From Octopus vulgaris (lineage: Eukaryota), in the NCBI GenBank assembly GCA_951406725.2, contig OX597814.1, forward strand, positions 202,244,001 to 202,308,000: a stretch of 64,000 bases of DNA, written 5' to 3'. Numbering within the stretch: the stretch's first letter is position 1; every line of letters begins with the position of its first letter. The translations under genes were made by a program, and so were the position numbers. Under the pieces are notes generated by a model. It was not told where the DNA came from. It searched no databases and was given only the letters and a program-made list of their open reading frames with translations. Below are positions 62,187-64,000 of the stretch, piece by piece.

Positions 62187-62621
62187 TAGAAGTAGAGATG
62201 ATAATTTGTCATTATGAGTCAACAAAGCAATAACGCTCTGCTGGTCACCGTTTTCTCTATTTATTGCAAGTTATTAAGGTGAGTGAGGAAGGACTGAGTC
62301 AGTGAGGCAGGTGTGTTATCAATACCGACAATCGGCTGAACAATCGGCATGAGGGATGGGACGAACTAGATTGAAGAATGACTTAAATTTCAACTGCTTG
62401 CTTTGCTAAAACCGCTTCGAGATAACGAGTTCCCGTAATGTCCTGTAATGTTGTAATACTAATTTTTGCTGATAAGTAATTTATGAAATGATGTTATCAA
62501 GAGATTCCCGAATAACGCAAAATTAGGTTTCCTCTAAAATGGTTTGAAGTCTTCATCATCTTAATTGTTGTCGCCAACGGCAAATTTATTCAGTACTCCC
62601 TCTTTTAACACTTGTTATACC

Positions 62622-63040
62622 TATTTCTTTACTACCCACAAGGGGCCAAACAAAGAGAGGACAAACAAGGACAGACAAACGGATTAAGTCGATTATATCG
62701 ATCCCAGTGCGTAACTGGTGCTTAATTTATCGACCCCGAAAGGATGAAAGGCAAAGTCGACCTCGGCGGAGTTTGAACTCAGAACGTAGCGGCAGACGAA
62801 ATACCTATTTCTTTACTGTCCACAAGGGGCTAAACACAGAGGGGGCAAACAAGGACAGACAAAAGGATTAAGTCGATTATATCGAACCCCAGTGCGTAAC
62901 TGGTACTTATTTAATCGACCCCGAAAGGATGAAAGGTAAAGTCGACCTCGGCTGAATTTGAACTCAGAACGTAGCGGCAGACGAAATACCGCGAAGCATT
63001 TCGCCCTGCGTGCTAACTTTTCTGCCAGCTCGCCGCCTTT
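62622..63040 (-). mobile_element. Young SINE B1 with tandemly duplicated 3' about 180 bp and 16-bp TSD
   Basis: TAACACTTGTTATACC at 62606-62621 and 63046-63061; unit CTATTTCTTTACT...GACGAAATAC occurs twice. Confidence 0.9.
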
Positions 63041-63668
63041 TGGTATAACACTTGTTATACCGCTCCGACTTCCAGCCAGTTTCTGACTTTGTCTTGTGTG
63101 ATATTTGTTTCGCCCAGTGTTTTTTTGTAAACGATGAAATTCCCTTCCTTCAAGTCTTGTCTAGAATGGTAATTGTCAGTGCATTTCACGAAGCTGTTAA
63201 ACTGACTTCTGCAGACCTGAAGTCGTAGTCTTTGACGTTACAGAATCTTCTTTGTCTCGGTGCTTCCTTCTTATGACCGCTTTCTTCTTTTACCAACAGA
63301 ACTTCGTCAAAATATATTCGTTCATATAATTTCTCACAGTCTATTTTACCACAATCCATTTCCTGGCGCATAGAGAGAACATTGGACAGCAAACGCATGC
63401 ATTTTATATTTACCATCGTTACTGATAAAACGGTCACCGTCAGACTAAGTACAAGCATACCTTGACCAAAATTAATTGTGCATTCTCAGGTGTCAATATC
63501 TTCTACTTATCTTTGGATTGAGCCATACCTTGTGATGGGAATTTGATCAATAGAATCTGAGACTGTGTCCATCGTTCTCGTACATACACTAACACATACA
63601 TACATACATACATACATACATACATACATACATACATACATACATACATACATACATGAATGCATACA

Positions 63669-63719
<51 letters not shown>

Positions 63720-63776
63720 TTGTTAGAGAGACTTAGTAATTTTAATATTTCTATTATATATATATATATATACATA

Positions 63777-63977
63777 CTTTATTCAAAAGCAGCAGAAAAT
63801 TCAACAAAACCTGTTACTCTGAGTTTCACGTTCCCGTTCGTCGGACGGGAACGTGAAACTCAGAGTAACAGGTTTTGTTGAATTTTCTGCTGCTTTTGAA
63901 TAAAGCATGTTACTCTACCACTGGTATTTGAGTACTCTTTTTTCCACCTTGTTTCACATTTACGTGTTTACTCCGGT
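63777..63977. mobile_element. Fold-back PLE-like element in (TA)n: perfect 61-bp hairpin plus unique extension
   Basis: 63777-63837 / 63845-63905 perfect inverted repeat; hammerhead-like motif across the centre. Confidence 0.8.
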
Positions 63978-64000
63978 ATATATATATATATATATATATA

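Noticed and set aside
61080-62225. 381-aa Pro/Thr-rich (extensin/formin-like) ORF
   Set aside because: Entirely a (GGT)n microsatellite open in several frames; ends in SINE sequence
63186-63458. 90-aa minus-strand ORF in unique-looking sequence
   Set aside because: No recognisable motif or convincing splice structure; cannot be supported

Overview
AT-rich, microsatellite-saturated, non-genic (intronic or intergenic) animal DNA. The repeat families match what I recall of octopus/coleoid cephalopod genomes; this is an inference, not a database result. No intact host protein-coding gene is supportable, and nearly all listed ORFs are read-throughs of (TA)n, (CA)n, (AAG)n, (GAT)n, (TAA)n or (GGT)n tracts or of SINEs. 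The window contains: (i) many copies of several tRNA-derived SINE families (local labels A, B, C, G, H); (ii) RTE-clade LINE 3' ends with a 62-bp tandem-repeat 3'UTR and (GAT)n tail; (iii) R4/Dong-like restriction-like-endonuclease LINE remnants and a companion non-coding family, all in (TAA)n; (iv) a Penelope-like (PLE) GIY-YIG remnant and many short PLE-like relics, mostly in or next to (TA)n; (v) a few MITE/Helentron-like elements; (vi) a U6 snRNA retrocopy fused to a LINE/SINE-type 3' tail. The most striking hidden signal is a set of about a dozen minimal type-I hammerhead ribozyme motifs. They include two copies of a family whose catalytic C3-G8 pair is swapped to G3-C8, two unrelated U3-A8 variants, and a tRNA-headed, hammerhead-bearing fold-back element that looks like a SINE mobilised by Penelope-like machinery. 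All folds and alignments were done by eye, and most boundaries are approximate.
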